64,000 bases of DNA from an uncultured delta proteobacterium (lineage in GTDB: Bacteria; Desulfobacterota; Syntrophorhabdia; Syntrophorhabdales; WCHB1-27), in NCBI GenBank assembly GCA_963768735.1, contig CAVYJH010000008.1:26314-90313 (forward strand). Reading direction: 5' to 3'. Of this stretch, positions 28,291 to 38,663 are shown one piece after another. Below the pieces are notes generated by a model. It searched no databases. It worked only from the letters and a program-made list of their open reading frames with translations, and was not told where the DNA came from. A program made the position numbers and the translations under genes. How positions within the stretch are numbered: the first letter of the stretch is position 1; each line of letters opens with the position of its first letter.

Positions 28291-29064
28291 ATGCACAAAT
28301 ACTGTCTATTCTTTTTGATTCTCCTGATAATGGCTCCGGGTGCGGCACATGCGGCCGGCGGCCGGGACGTTCTCTTCCAGGTATCGACCATCGACGCCCT
28401 CTTGACCGGTATTTACGACGGTGAAACCACCCTTGAATCTCTCAGGGAAAAGGGGGACTTCGGTCTTGGCACTTTTAACAACTTGGACGGTGAGATGCTT
28501 TTGCTCGATGGGCAGTTTTACCGCATCACGGCGGCGGGCACAGTCGAGCGCCCGGGTCCGGGGACGAAAACGCCCTTTGCCGCCGTCACCTTTTTCGATG
28601 CCGACCGGACGGTCCCTCTTGAGAAAGGCCTCGATCTTCAGCAATTTGTCGCGAAGACCGACAAACTCTTGCCGACGCCCAACGTCTTTTATGCCATCAA
28701 GATCACGGGGACATTCGAAATGGTCAGGGCAAGAAGCGTGGCGCGCCAGGCGAAGCCTTACAGACCTCTGGACGAAGTGGTGAAAAGCCAGGGGCTTTTC
28801 ACCTTAGGCAAAGCAGAAGGCACTATTGTAGGGTTTCGCTGTCCGCCCTATGTCAAGGGTGTCAGTGTTCCGGGCTACCATCTCCATTTCATCACCACTG
28901 ACCGGAAAGCAGGTGGCCACGTGCTCGATTTCAGGGTCGACAAAGCGGTATTGGAGGTTGACGACACGAGCGAGTTCGACCTGATTCTCCCATCCGATAG
29001 GGCCTTCTATGATGCGGACCTTACGCCTGACAGAGGACAGGCGCTCAAGGCAGTAGAAAAATGA
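28291..29064 (+). CDS. alpha-acetolactate decarboxylase homologue with N-terminal signal peptide
   Basis: LFQVSTIDALLTGIYDGETTLESLREKGDFGLGTFNNLDGEMLLLDGQFY. The N-terminus MHKYCLFFLILLIMAPGAAHA looks like a Sec signal. Confidence 0.85.
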   Translation: MHKYCLFFLILLIMAPGAAHAAGGRDVLFQVSTIDALLTGIYDGETTLESLREKGDFGLGTFNNLDGEMLLLDGQFYRITAAGTVERPGPGTKTPFAAVTFFDADRTVPLEKGLDLQQFVAKTDKLLPTPNVFYAIKITGTFEMVRARSVARQAKPYRPLDEVVKSQGLFTLGKAEGTIVGFRCPPYVKGVSVPGYHLHFITTDRKAGGHVLDFRVDKAVLEVDDTSEFDLILPSDRAFYDADLTPDRGQALKAVEK

Positions 29065-29101
29065 GGGGGGGAAGACACCACCCAGAGGACAATCACGCCT
29101 C

Positions 29102-32100
29102 TTACCAACTGAACGAGAAACCCCCGTTCACTGTCGTCTGCGTACCGTCGTAAGCAAAACCGGTTTTCATCCGTATGCGGTCGCTGATTTGGGCCGCTAA
29201 CCCTACCGCAAGAGCCCTTTCGCCCATATAGGTACCTCCCCCTATGCCCATGGAGAACCTCTTTCCGGGACCGGGATCGGGAATGCCGGCGAGGGCCGCG
29301 GCCGACGCAACACCGCTATAGGCCTTCACCAACTGCCGGTAGTTTACCGCATCGTAAGGATTCGTGCCGTCGGCAATCCCCGTGACGCGTGCCGGACCCT
29401 GGGTCGCATCGTTGCGAAAAGTGGCTCCGTTGTCGTTCAGGATCAGCGAGGTAGACCTTGTGCCGCCGCTCAGCGTTGCGGCCTGGGTATTCACCGTGAG
29501 CCCATGGGATTCCTGGGTAGTGGGGTTGAGCACGGTAACGGAAACATTGTCAGGCTGGACGTTCAATTGACTGTGGTTTGCGGCGGTAGATCCACTTCCG
29601 TTGGCGACGATGTTCACCGTGTTGCTGGCACCATTCACGGTGACCCCGCTGTTATTTACCACGATTCCCGATGACGAAGTCGGGTTGGCACTGGTCAAAT
29701 AGCCATTCACCGCGAGGTCTCCGTCCACGTACATACGGCCGGTGACGATAACGCCGTATGGGACGGTCGTCGTCGCACCGTTCTTGTTCGTGTAGTATTG
29801 ATCGTTGCTCACGGTGATGCTGTTCTGCACGGGGTGATCTGTATAAGAAACGCTGCTGTAGCCCTGGCTGGCTAACGTAATACTGCTCGCGCTCATAGCA
29901 AGCGTGGGACCGCTGTTGACATTTAAGGTACTATTGATCGTGGTGGGACCGTTCAAGGTGGTTGCGCCCGTGACTTGAAGCCCGCCGTTGAGGTTGGTCG
30001 GGCCCGTAACCGCGAAGGTGCCTCCTTTCACAGTGACGCCTCCGTTCAAGGTGGTTGCGCCCGCCACAGCGAACGTGCCCCCCACCGTGGCGTTATTGGC
30101 AATACTTGCTGAATTGAGGGTGGCAAGACCCGAGGTGCTCAGCGTTGAAAGGCTCGTGTTGCCGGTAACGGCAAGGTTACCCCCCACCGTAGCATCATTA
30201 ATGATGCTCGCAGAATTCAGCGTCGCAAGACCGGAGGTAGTTAAGGTCGAGAGGCTCGTGTTGCCGGTGACGGCAAGGGTGCCGCCTACTGTTTCGTTAT
30301 TCGTGATACTTGCCGAATTGAGGGTGGCAAGACCCGAAGTGCTCAGGGTCGAGAGGCTGGTGTTGCCGGTGACGGCAAGGGTGCCGCCTACTGTTTCGTT
30401 GTTGGTAATACTTGCCGAATTGAGGGTGGCAAGACCCGAAGTGCTCAGGGTCGAGAGGCTTGTGTTGCCGGTGACGGCAAGGGTGCCGCTGGTGGAGGTG
30501 TTGCCCGTGGCGTTGTCCACGGTAAAAACGTTGGAGGTTCCATTGTTGACTGCAAGAGCTCCTCCCTGTATGGTAGCACCACCGTTCAGATTGGTAGCGC
30601 CTGTGACGGCCAGGGTGCCCCCCAGGTTTGTCGCCCCCGTCACACCCAGTGTGCCCCCTACCGTGGCGCTATTGGTAATACTTGCCGAATTGAGGGTGGC
30701 AAGGCCTGAGGTGCTCAGTGTCGAGAGGCTGGTGTTGCCGGTGACACCCAGTGTGCCCCCTACCGTGGCATTGTTGGTAACGCTTACGGAATTTAACGTC
30801 GCAAGACCTGAGGTGCTCAGGGTAGTAAGGCTTGTGTTGCCGGTGACGGCAAGGGTGCCGCTGGTGGAGGTGTTGCCCGTGGCGTTGTCCACGGTAAAAA
30901 CGTTGGAGGTTCCATTGTTGACTGCAAGAGCTCCTCCCTGTATGGTAGCACCACCGTTCAGATTGGTAGCGCCTGTGACGGCCAGGGTGCCCCCCAAGTT
31001 TGTCGCCCCAGTCACACCCAGCGTCCCGCCTACCGTGGCGTTATTCGTAATGCCTGCGGAATTCAACGTCGCAAGGCCTGAGGTACTTAGGGTCGAGAGA
31101 TTCGTGTTGCCGGTGACGGCAAGCGTGCCGCTGGTAGAGGTGTTGCCCGTGGCGTTGTCCACGGTAAATACGTTGTAAACTCCGTTGTTGACTGCGAGGG
31201 CCCCGCCTTTCACGGTAGCACCGCCGTTCAGATTGGCGGCACCCGTCACCCCAAGTGTGCCCCCCACCGTGGCGTTATTGGTGATACTTGCAGAGTTCAG
31301 GGTGGCAAGACCCGAGGTGCTCACGGTCGAGAGATTCGTATTGCCGGTCACACCCAGTGTGCCCCCTACCGTTTCGTTATTCGTAATGCCTGCGGAATTC
31401 AACGTCGCAAGGCCCGAGGTGCTCAGGGTAGTAAGAGTGGTGTTGCCGGTAACACCCAAGGTGCCCCCCAGGTTTGTCGCCCCGGTCACCCCCAGTGTGC
31501 CGCCTACTGTGGCGTTGTTGGTAACGCTGGCAGAGTTGAGCGTGGCAAGGCCAGAGGTACTCAGGGTCGAGAGGCTTGTGTTACCTGTGACACCCAGTGT
31601 GCCGCCCACCGTGGCATTATTCGTAATGCCTGCGGAATTCAGGGTGGCAAGACCAGAGGTACTCAGGGTCGAGAGGCTTGTGTTGCCGGTGACGGCAAGG
31701 GTGCCGCTGGTGGAGGTGTTGCCGGTGGCGTTGTCCACGGTAAATACGTTGGAAACTCCGTTGTTGACTGCAAGAGCCCCGCCTTTCACGGTAGCACCGC
31801 CGTTCAGATTAGCAGCCCCGGTCACGCCCAGTGTGCCGCCTACCGTGGCGTTATTGGTGATACTTGCGGAATTCAGGGTAGCAAGGCCAGAGGTACTCAG
31901 TGTCGAGAGGCTGGTGTTGCCGGTAACCCCAAGTGTGCCGCCTACCGTGGCATTGTTGGTAACGCTGGCAGAGTTGAGCGTGGCAAGACCTGAGGTGCTT
32001 AGGGTAGTGAGGCTGGTGTTGCCGGTAACGCCCAAGTGTGCCGCCTACCGTGGCGTTATTGGTGATACTTGCGGAGTTCAGGGTAGCAAGGCCAGAGGTA

Positions 32101-35100
32101 CTCAGTGTCGAGAGGCTGGTGTTGCCGGTAACCCCAAGTGTGCCGCCTACCGTGGCATTGTTGGTAACGCTGGCGGAGTTGAGCGTGGCAAGACCTGAGG
32201 TGCTCAGGGTAGAGAGGCTGGTGTTGCCGGTAACCCCCAGTGTGCCGCCTACCGTGGCATTATTGGTGATACTTGCGGAATTCAGGGTAGCAAGGCCAGA
32301 GGTACTCAGTGTCGAGAGGCTGGTGTTGCCGGTAACCCCAAGTGTGCCGCCTACCGTGGCATTGTTGGTAACGCTGGCGGAGTTAAGCGTGGCAAGACCT
32401 GAGGTGCTCAGGGTTGAGAGGCTGGTGTTGCCCGTCACACCCAGTGTGCCGCCTACCGTGGCATTGTTGGTAATGCTTGCGGAATTCAGGGTGGCAAGAC
32501 CAGAGGTACTCAGGGTCGAGAGGCTTGTGTTGCCGGTGACGGCAAGGGTGCCGCTGGTGGAGGTGTTGCCGGTGGCGTTGTCCACGGTAAATACGTTGGA
32601 AACTCCGTTGTTGACTGCGAGGGCCCCGCCTTTCACGGTAGCACCGCCGTTCAGATTAGCAGCACCCGTGACGGCCAAGGCGCCCCCAAGGTTTGTCGCC
32701 CCCGTCACACCCAGTGTGCCCCCTACCGTGGCGTTATTGGTGATACTTGCGGAGTTCAGGGTGGCAAGGCCTGAGGTGCTCAGGGTTGAGAGGCTCGTGT
32801 TGCCGGTCACCCCAAGCGTGCCCCCTACCGTGGCATTATTGGTGATGCTTGCGGAGTTCAGGGTGGCAAGACCTGAGGTGCTCAGGGTCGAGAGGCTCGT
32901 GTTGCCGGTCACACCCAGCGTCCCGCCTACCGTGGCGTTGTTGGTGATACTTGCGGAGTTCAGGGTGGCAAGGCCTGAGGTGCTCAGGGTCGAGAGATTC
33001 GTATTGCCGGTGACCCCCAGTGTGCCTCCTACCGTGGCGTTATTGGTGATACTTGCAGAATTGAGCGTGGCAAGACCTGAGGTACTCAGTGTTGAGAGGC
33101 TTGTGTTGCCCGTCACACCCAGTGTGCCGCCCACCGTTTCGTTATTCGTAATGCCTGCGGAATTCAACGTCGCAAGGCCAGAGGTACCTAGGGTAGTGAG
33201 GCTGGTGTTGCCGGTCACACCCAGCGTCCCGCCTACCGTGGCGTTGTTGGTGATACTTGCGGAGTTCAGGGTGGCAAGGCCTGAGGTGCTCAGGGTCGAG
33301 AGATTCGTATTGCCGGTGACCCCCAGTGTGCCTCCTACCGTGGCGTTATTGGTGATACTTGCAGAATTGAGCGTGGCTGCACCGTTTGTCGTGAGCGTAT
33401 CCGTGGTGATATTGCCCGTATTCGAGATGCCGTTCGTTGTGGTAGCGCCCGTGACGCCCAGGGTGCCCCCCAAGTTTGTCGCCCCAGTCACACCAAGTGT
33501 GCCCCCTACCGTTTCGTTATTCGTAATGCCTGCGGAATTCAACGTCGCAAGACCCGAGGTGCTCAGGGTCGAGAGGCTCGTATTGCCGGTCACACCCAGT
33601 GTGCCCCCTACCGTGGCGTTATTGGTGATACTTGCGGAATTGAGGGTGGCTGCACCGTTTGTCGTGAGCGTATCCGTGGTGATATTGCCCGTATTCGAGA
33701 TGCCGTTCGTTGTGGTAGCGCCCGTGACGCCCAGTGTGCCGCCGACTGTGGTGTTGCCCGTTGCGTTGTCCACGCTGAATACATTGGAGGTTCCGTTGCT
33801 GACGGCAAGAGGTGCTCCCTGTATGACAGCACCGCCGTTCAGATTGGCGGCACCCGTGACGCCCAGGGTGCCCCCCAAGTTTGTCGCCCCAGTCACACCC
33901 AGCGTCCCGCCTACCGTGGCGTTGTTGGTGATACTTGCGGAGTTCAGGGTGGCAAGGCCTGAGGTGCTCAGGGTCGAGAGATTCGTATTGCCGGTGACCC
34001 CCAGTGTGCCTCCTACCGTGGCGTTATTGGTAATACTTGCAGAATTGAGCGTGGCTGCACCGTTTGTCGTGAGCGTATCCGTGGTGATATTGCCCGTATT
34101 CGAGATGCCGTTCGTTGTGGTAGCGCCCGTGACGCCCAGTGTGCCGCCGACTGTGGTGTTGCCCGTTGCGTTGTCCACGCTGAATACATTGGAGGTTCCG
34201 TTGCTGACGGCAAGAGGTGCTCCCTGTATGACAGCACCGCCGTTCAGATTGGTAGCGCCCGTGACGCCCAGTGTGCCCCCCAAGTTTGTCGCCCCAGTCA
34301 CACCAAGTGTGCCCCCTACCGTGGCGTTGTTGGTGATACTTGCGGAGTTCAGGGTGGCAAGGCCTGAGGTGCTCAGGGTCGAGAGATTCGTATTGCCGGT
34401 GACCCCCAGTGTGCCTCCTACCGTGGCGTTATTGGTAATACTTGCAGAATTGAGCGTGGCTGCACCGTTTGTCGTGAGCGTATCCGTGGTGATATTGCCC
34501 GTATTCGAGATGCCGTTCGTTGTGGTAGCGCCCGTGACGCCCAGTGTGCCGCCGACTGTGGTGTTGCCCGTTGCGTTGTCCACGCTGAATACATTGGAGG
34601 TTCCGTTGCTGACGGCAAGAGGTGCTCCCTGTATGACAGCACCGCCGTTCAGATTGGCGGCACCCGTGACGCCCAGTGTGCCCCCCAAGTTTGTCGCCCC
34701 AGTCACACCAAGTGTGCCCCCTACCGTGGCGTTGTTGGTGATACTTGCGGAGTTCAGGGTGGCAAGGCCTGAGGTGCTCAGGGTCGAGAGATTCGTATTG
34801 CCGGTGACCCCCAGTGTGCCTCCTACCGTGGCGTTATTGGTAATACTTGCAGAATTGAGCGTGGCTGCACCGTTTGTCGTGAGCGTATCCGTGGTGATAT
34901 TGCCCGTATTCGAGATGCCGTTCGTTGTGGTAGCGCCCGTGACGCCCAGTGTGCCGCCGACTGTGGTGTTGCCCGTTGCGTTGTCCACGCTGAATACATT
35001 GGAGGTTCCGTTGCTGACGGCAAGAGGTGCTCCCTGTATGACAGCACCGCCGTTCAGATTGGCGGCACCCGTGACGCCCAGGGTGCCCCCTACCGTGGCG

Positions 35101-35285
35101 TTATTGGTGATACTTGCAGAATTGAGCGTGGCTGCACCGTTTGTCGTGAGCGTATCCGTGGTGATATTGCCCGTATTGATGATGCCGTTCGTCACCGTTT
35201 GCGACCGAACAATTTGAGCAAACGTGCTCACCAGTATGAGAGCTGCGCAAATCGCTGCAAGGCTCCTCACACCCTTTCTCCTCAT
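29102..35285 (-). CDS. trimeric autotransporter adhesin (~2060 aa), interrupted by a 1-nt insertion near 32030..32040
   Basis: Signal peptide MRRKGVRSLAAICAALILVSTFA. There are many tens of 34-aa NATVGGTLGVTGNTSLSTLSTSGLATLNSASITN repeats. C-terminal YadA-type anchor: NYRQL ... AAALAGIP ... GGFSFSW. The span is 6184 nt (3n+1), and the ORF track splits it into 31851..35285 and 29102..32035. Confidence 0.85.
33600..35195 (-). repeat. ~4 near-identical tandem copies of a 405-bp (135-aa) higher-order repeat inside the adhesin gene
   Basis: Four out-of-frame 74-aa ORFs recur at exactly 405-nt spacing (33608, 34013, 34418, 34823). The protein block GGAVIQGAPLAVSNGTSNVFSVDNATGNTTVGG recurs every 135 aa. 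Boundaries are approximate. Confidence 0.8.
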
Positions 35286-35330
35286 CGGGCCCCGGTGAAA
35301 ACGTCGGCCGGTTTCTCCGCGATCACGTCA

Positions 35331-35492
35331 TTATCCATCTCTCTCCTTGTGACTATGCCTCTCGGACCATGGGACTTTCATACATGCCGGCGGGCCCAAT
35401 TGTACCATGGCAGTCCAACTCTCTATCTCGTGTCGCACAGGTCTCATGAGTTTGCTCTTCCTCCGATGCTTCCCTGCGCGAAAAAGACTCAT
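35331..35492 (-). CDS. possible small basic protein (53 aa), coupled to the upstream gene
   Basis: ATG 35492 overlaps the upstream stop (ATGA), with AAGGAG 8 nt upstream. No recognisable domain. Confidence 0.3.
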   Translation of the reverse strand: MSLFRAGKHRRKSKLMRPVRHEIESWTAMVQLGPPACMKVPWSERHSHKERDG

Positions 35493-36088
35493 CTGACTAT
35501 CTCCTTCTTTATGGTGACGCATCCTGTACCCGCGCGCATCAAGAACACACGTGCGGGCGTTGGCCCCCCTAGAACGGTGATATTCTGCCTGATCTCATGG
35601 AGACGGACCATGCCCGGGAAATATGTTTGCGCCACCTTGTCACACGTAAGAGACCAGTAGGCCACTGTTTCATAAAGGGCCCCGCAACCGTTGGCCTGAT
35701 TAGGAGCAAAGGTGGCGGTCGCATACGCGCTGGATGCTCCGCCGCCTGGGACCTCCATCGATACGGAAAACATGCTCTGGTCCGGCTGGGCCGGAGGAGG
35801 GAATATGAAGGCGCCTGCCGCCTGTGCGCTGCCGCCGAGAAAATTGACAACCTGATTGATGCGACTCGCGCATGAAAGCACGCCTAGGTTGACCGCAGTT
35901 TGGGTCACAGGACTGACCGCAGGCACACGTGGAATCGACTGGCCGTCCGTCACCTGCGGCTCTTCCTGAGATGCTTTTGCGGTGCCCGATGGAGCCGGCC
36001 CCAGGGGCGTCTGCGCCCCCGCGGTGAGAGAACATGCCATCAATAATAGCGAACTACAGACGAGAACTTTGAAAACCCCCAGCTTCAC
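35489..36088 (-). CDS. secreted protein/lipoprotein of unknown function upstream of the adhesin
   Basis: GTG 36088 with RBS AAGGAGGG. Signal sequence KLGVFKVLVCSSLLLMAC (lipobox-like LMAC). The ORF-track start 36223 is an unlikely upstream extension. Confidence 0.55.
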   Translation of the reverse strand: MKLGVFKVLVCSSLLLMACSLTAGAQTPLGPAPSGTAKASQEEPQVTDGQSIPRVPAVSPVTQTAVNLGVLSCASRINQVVNFLGGSAQAAGAFIFPPPAQPDQSMFSVSMEVPGGGASSAYATATFAPNQANGCGALYETVAYWSLTCDKVAQTYFPGMVRLHEIRQNITVLGGPTPARVFLMRAGTGCVTIKKEIVR

Positions 36089-36504
36089 TCGCCCTCCTTT
36101 TACAGCTTTCTCTCGGGCCCATCGGGCTTTGTATGCGTCCAAATGCGGCATGCAACTTATGTGCCTCCGTTTGACTGAGCCCCGTTCTAGGGTTTTTGGC
36201 AGGGCTACGTACCTGGCCCTCACGCATTAAGAACGGAAATGATGGGCCTCTGGTGCGTAGTCCGAAGACGCTCAAAGGCGCAGTATGCAATTTCCACCAT
36301 GCGTCGGGAGAGGCGTTGCCTCACAAGCGTCATTTTCATGACATACTGCCTGAGGCAGATACATGAGGCAGACAGTATAGTGGGGCGAGAGGTCAACAAG
36401 GATCTCAGGGAGGGCCGTATGGGTTGAGTGGAAACCACACAGTGTGGGAGATCGGTTGCTTTCTCACCCCGGCAGTTTCCTCATTCGAGTCGAGGAATCA
36501 CGTA

Positions 36505-36519
36505 TGGCACAATGCTTGC
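36505..36519 (+). promoter_or_regulatory. sigma-54 promoter core match (TGGCAC-N5-TTGC)
   Basis: TGGCACAATGCTTGC has exact -24 and -12 elements with correct spacing. It lies in an ~870-bp gene-poor gap. Confidence 0.5.
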
Positions 36520-36968
36520 TTTATCATGAGGTATGAGTCTCACTACCCTGGTTATCATCTGGTTGCTGATTCAAATCCCGCTCGCAATTGCGGCGGGGAA
36601 ACTCATCAAGTGGAGGTGTCGTCAACAAGAAACCAGGGCAGATATTTATATCGACGCTGACCTATATCTGCGGAAAAGAAGATATACGTCGTCACTTTCT
36701 TGACCCCCTTTACGTCAACCCTTCTCTCACACCAACTTGTCTCGACACTCGCCGCGTCTGTTACCGGAATTATCCGTTTCAGAATACACTCGTCATGCCG
36801 GACCTTACAAGCCTGCCCCGGCAGGTCACTGGCCGGGGCCGCGCATAAGAATCTTGAGATTGAGAGATCTTCACCGAGAGATCTTCACCTGATAAATAAT
36901 TCATCTTATGGTAATGTATAGGAGATGATAGACAGCAGAGGCATGTTATCCTGTGGCAGGGATTGGTT

Positions 36969-37854
36969 ATGAGAATAGGTGGTTTTCAATTGCGCGACCC
37001 TGTTCCGGAGTGCAACGAGCCTTACGTACTGGCTACCCTTCGACCCTGGATAGACGTCAACAATGTGGGAAGTCTGGTACTCACCGAAGTGGAGGCGCAA
37101 TTCAAGGCTACGGAATTGGGGACGCTATCCAAACCGGGGCATTTCTACGACTTCACAAGATACCGGCCCATTATACATCTCGAAGAGGGCATTCGTGAGC
37201 CTGTCCGTTCCCACTACATCAATTCACTATGCGAGAAGGGTGGGGCAGAATGATCTTCTGTTGCTTCGACTCCTGGAGCCTCATGCCCATGCGGAGCTCT
37301 ATGTCAGTTCCGTTTTGAAGCTTCTCAAGGCTTTCAAGGCGAGGAAATATATTCTTCTGGGGAGCATGTACGATGCGGTGCCGCATACCAGACCTTTACT
37401 CGTCAGCGGGTATGGGATGGGCGAAGAAGCGCTCCAGGATGTAAAGAAGGCCGGCGCCCTGCCTATCACTTATCACGGCCCCTCAACCATCGTGAATCTG
37501 ATTACGAAAGAAGCAGCGGAATCAGGGATCGATGCACTCGTACTGATCGTTTCCCTGCCCCAGTACGTTGTGTTGGAGGAGGATTACCTGGGAAAAGTCA
37601 GGCTCATGGAACTGTTGAACCTGCTTTATAACATCCCCATCGACAAAGAAGACTTCGAAAGGGCCCTGGAGCAGCGCAATCTAATCAGCGAAAGAGTGGA
37701 CAATTCTCCGCAGGTCAAAACCCTCCTGCCTCAACTCGAAAGCGCCTATGACATGCGGATCGAAACAATGGCGGCTGAGGGAATACCGCACCTGACTTCC
37801 GAGATGGAAGAACTCTTCTGGAAAATAATGGGAAAAGATATCGGGAAAGCGTAG
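36969..37854 (+). CDS. PAC2-family protein, frameshifted near 37195..37210
   Basis: The N-terminal part (RIGGFQLRDP ... RPWIDVNNVGS ... FTRYRPIIHLEEG) is in one frame. The rest (LSVPTTSIHYAR ... DLLLLRLLEPH ... SLPQYV) is in the +1 frame (ORF 37063..37854). Confidence 0.65.
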
Positions 37855-38093
37855 CCCTTTGAACCGCCCTCTTTCCCGGTGCAGCAGTGACCCAGAGATG
37901 GCCCACAATTTCTGCCGCAGGAAGGCGATACTCGGTGGCGCCCGGCAGACGCCGATCGCAGCTTCCGGGCTCGTCCGCTTTTGTGACTCTGTGGCATAGC
38001 GAGGGACGGCCGCCGTTGCGCCCGTCCCTCGCGCCTCTTATATTCGTATATGGAGGGATTAAAGTATGATAATCGGCATACTCGCACGCCGTA

Positions 38094-38663
38094 ATGCCTA
38101 AAAGCGCTGTTTCTCCGCAGGCTCTTTTTCGCATCGTCTTCCACCGGCTGGTGCTGCCGGCCCTTATTCCGGCAGTGACCGTGCTCCTACTCGCAGGCAT
38201 ATGCGCGTCTGCGCCGGATAAAAAGAGCGGCGAGGAATTCCCCGTCCCGCCGCCGCCGTTCTCCCCAGGTATCTTCCCCTGTAGCTCCTGTCACGAAGGC
38301 ATGGAGGTCAACACGCAGAAGAGGGAGTTGGGCATGCACACGGATATCAGGCTTCGCCACGCGCCCGAAGTCCTCACATGGTGCTTCGGCTGTCACGACC
38401 CAAGGAACAGGGACAAGCTTCACCTGGTCAACGGGGACCTGATCGATTTCACCGAGTCGTACCGCTTGTGCGGGCAGTGTCATGGGACCAATTACCGGGA
38501 CTGGAAAGCGGGCGCCCACGGCAAGAGAATCGGCTATTTCTCGGGTGGCAGGAGGACCTATTTTCTGTGCGTCAACTGCCACAGCCCCCACGACCCCAAA
38601 TTCAAGCCATTGAAACCGGAGCCGCCGCCATTCAGACCTTTGGATAAACAAAATGGCCCATAA
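38094..38663 (+). CDS. membrane-anchored tetrahaem c-type cytochrome
   Basis: Four CxxCH motifs (CSSCH, CFGCH, CGQCH, CVNCH) and an N-terminal hydrophobic anchor. Confidence 0.85.
   Translation: MPKSAVSPQALFRIVFHRLVLPALIPAVTVLLLAGICASAPDKKSGEEFPVPPPPFSPGIFPCSSCHEGMEVNTQKRELGMHTDIRLRHAPEVLTWCFGCHDPRNRDKLHLVNGDLIDFTESYRLCGQCHGTNYRDWKAGAHGKRIGYFSGGRRTYFLCVNCHSPHDPKFKPLKPEPPPFRPLDKQNGP

Noticed and set aside
33608-35047. Four near-identical 74-aa ORFs on the - strand (33608, 34013, 34418, 34823)
   Set aside because: They are out-of-frame products of the 405-bp repeat inside the adhesin gene. They are useful only as a ruler for the repeat period.
29988-35217. Very long + strand ORFs (29988..31178, 31185..32198, and 32038..35217 at 1059 aa) opposite the adhesin gene
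   Set aside because: They are mirror images of the tandem repeats, with monotonous VARPEVL/PVTPSVPPTVALLV peptides. They lack RBS and start context. The - strand carries the signal peptide and the YadA-type anchor, so the sense strand is unambiguous.
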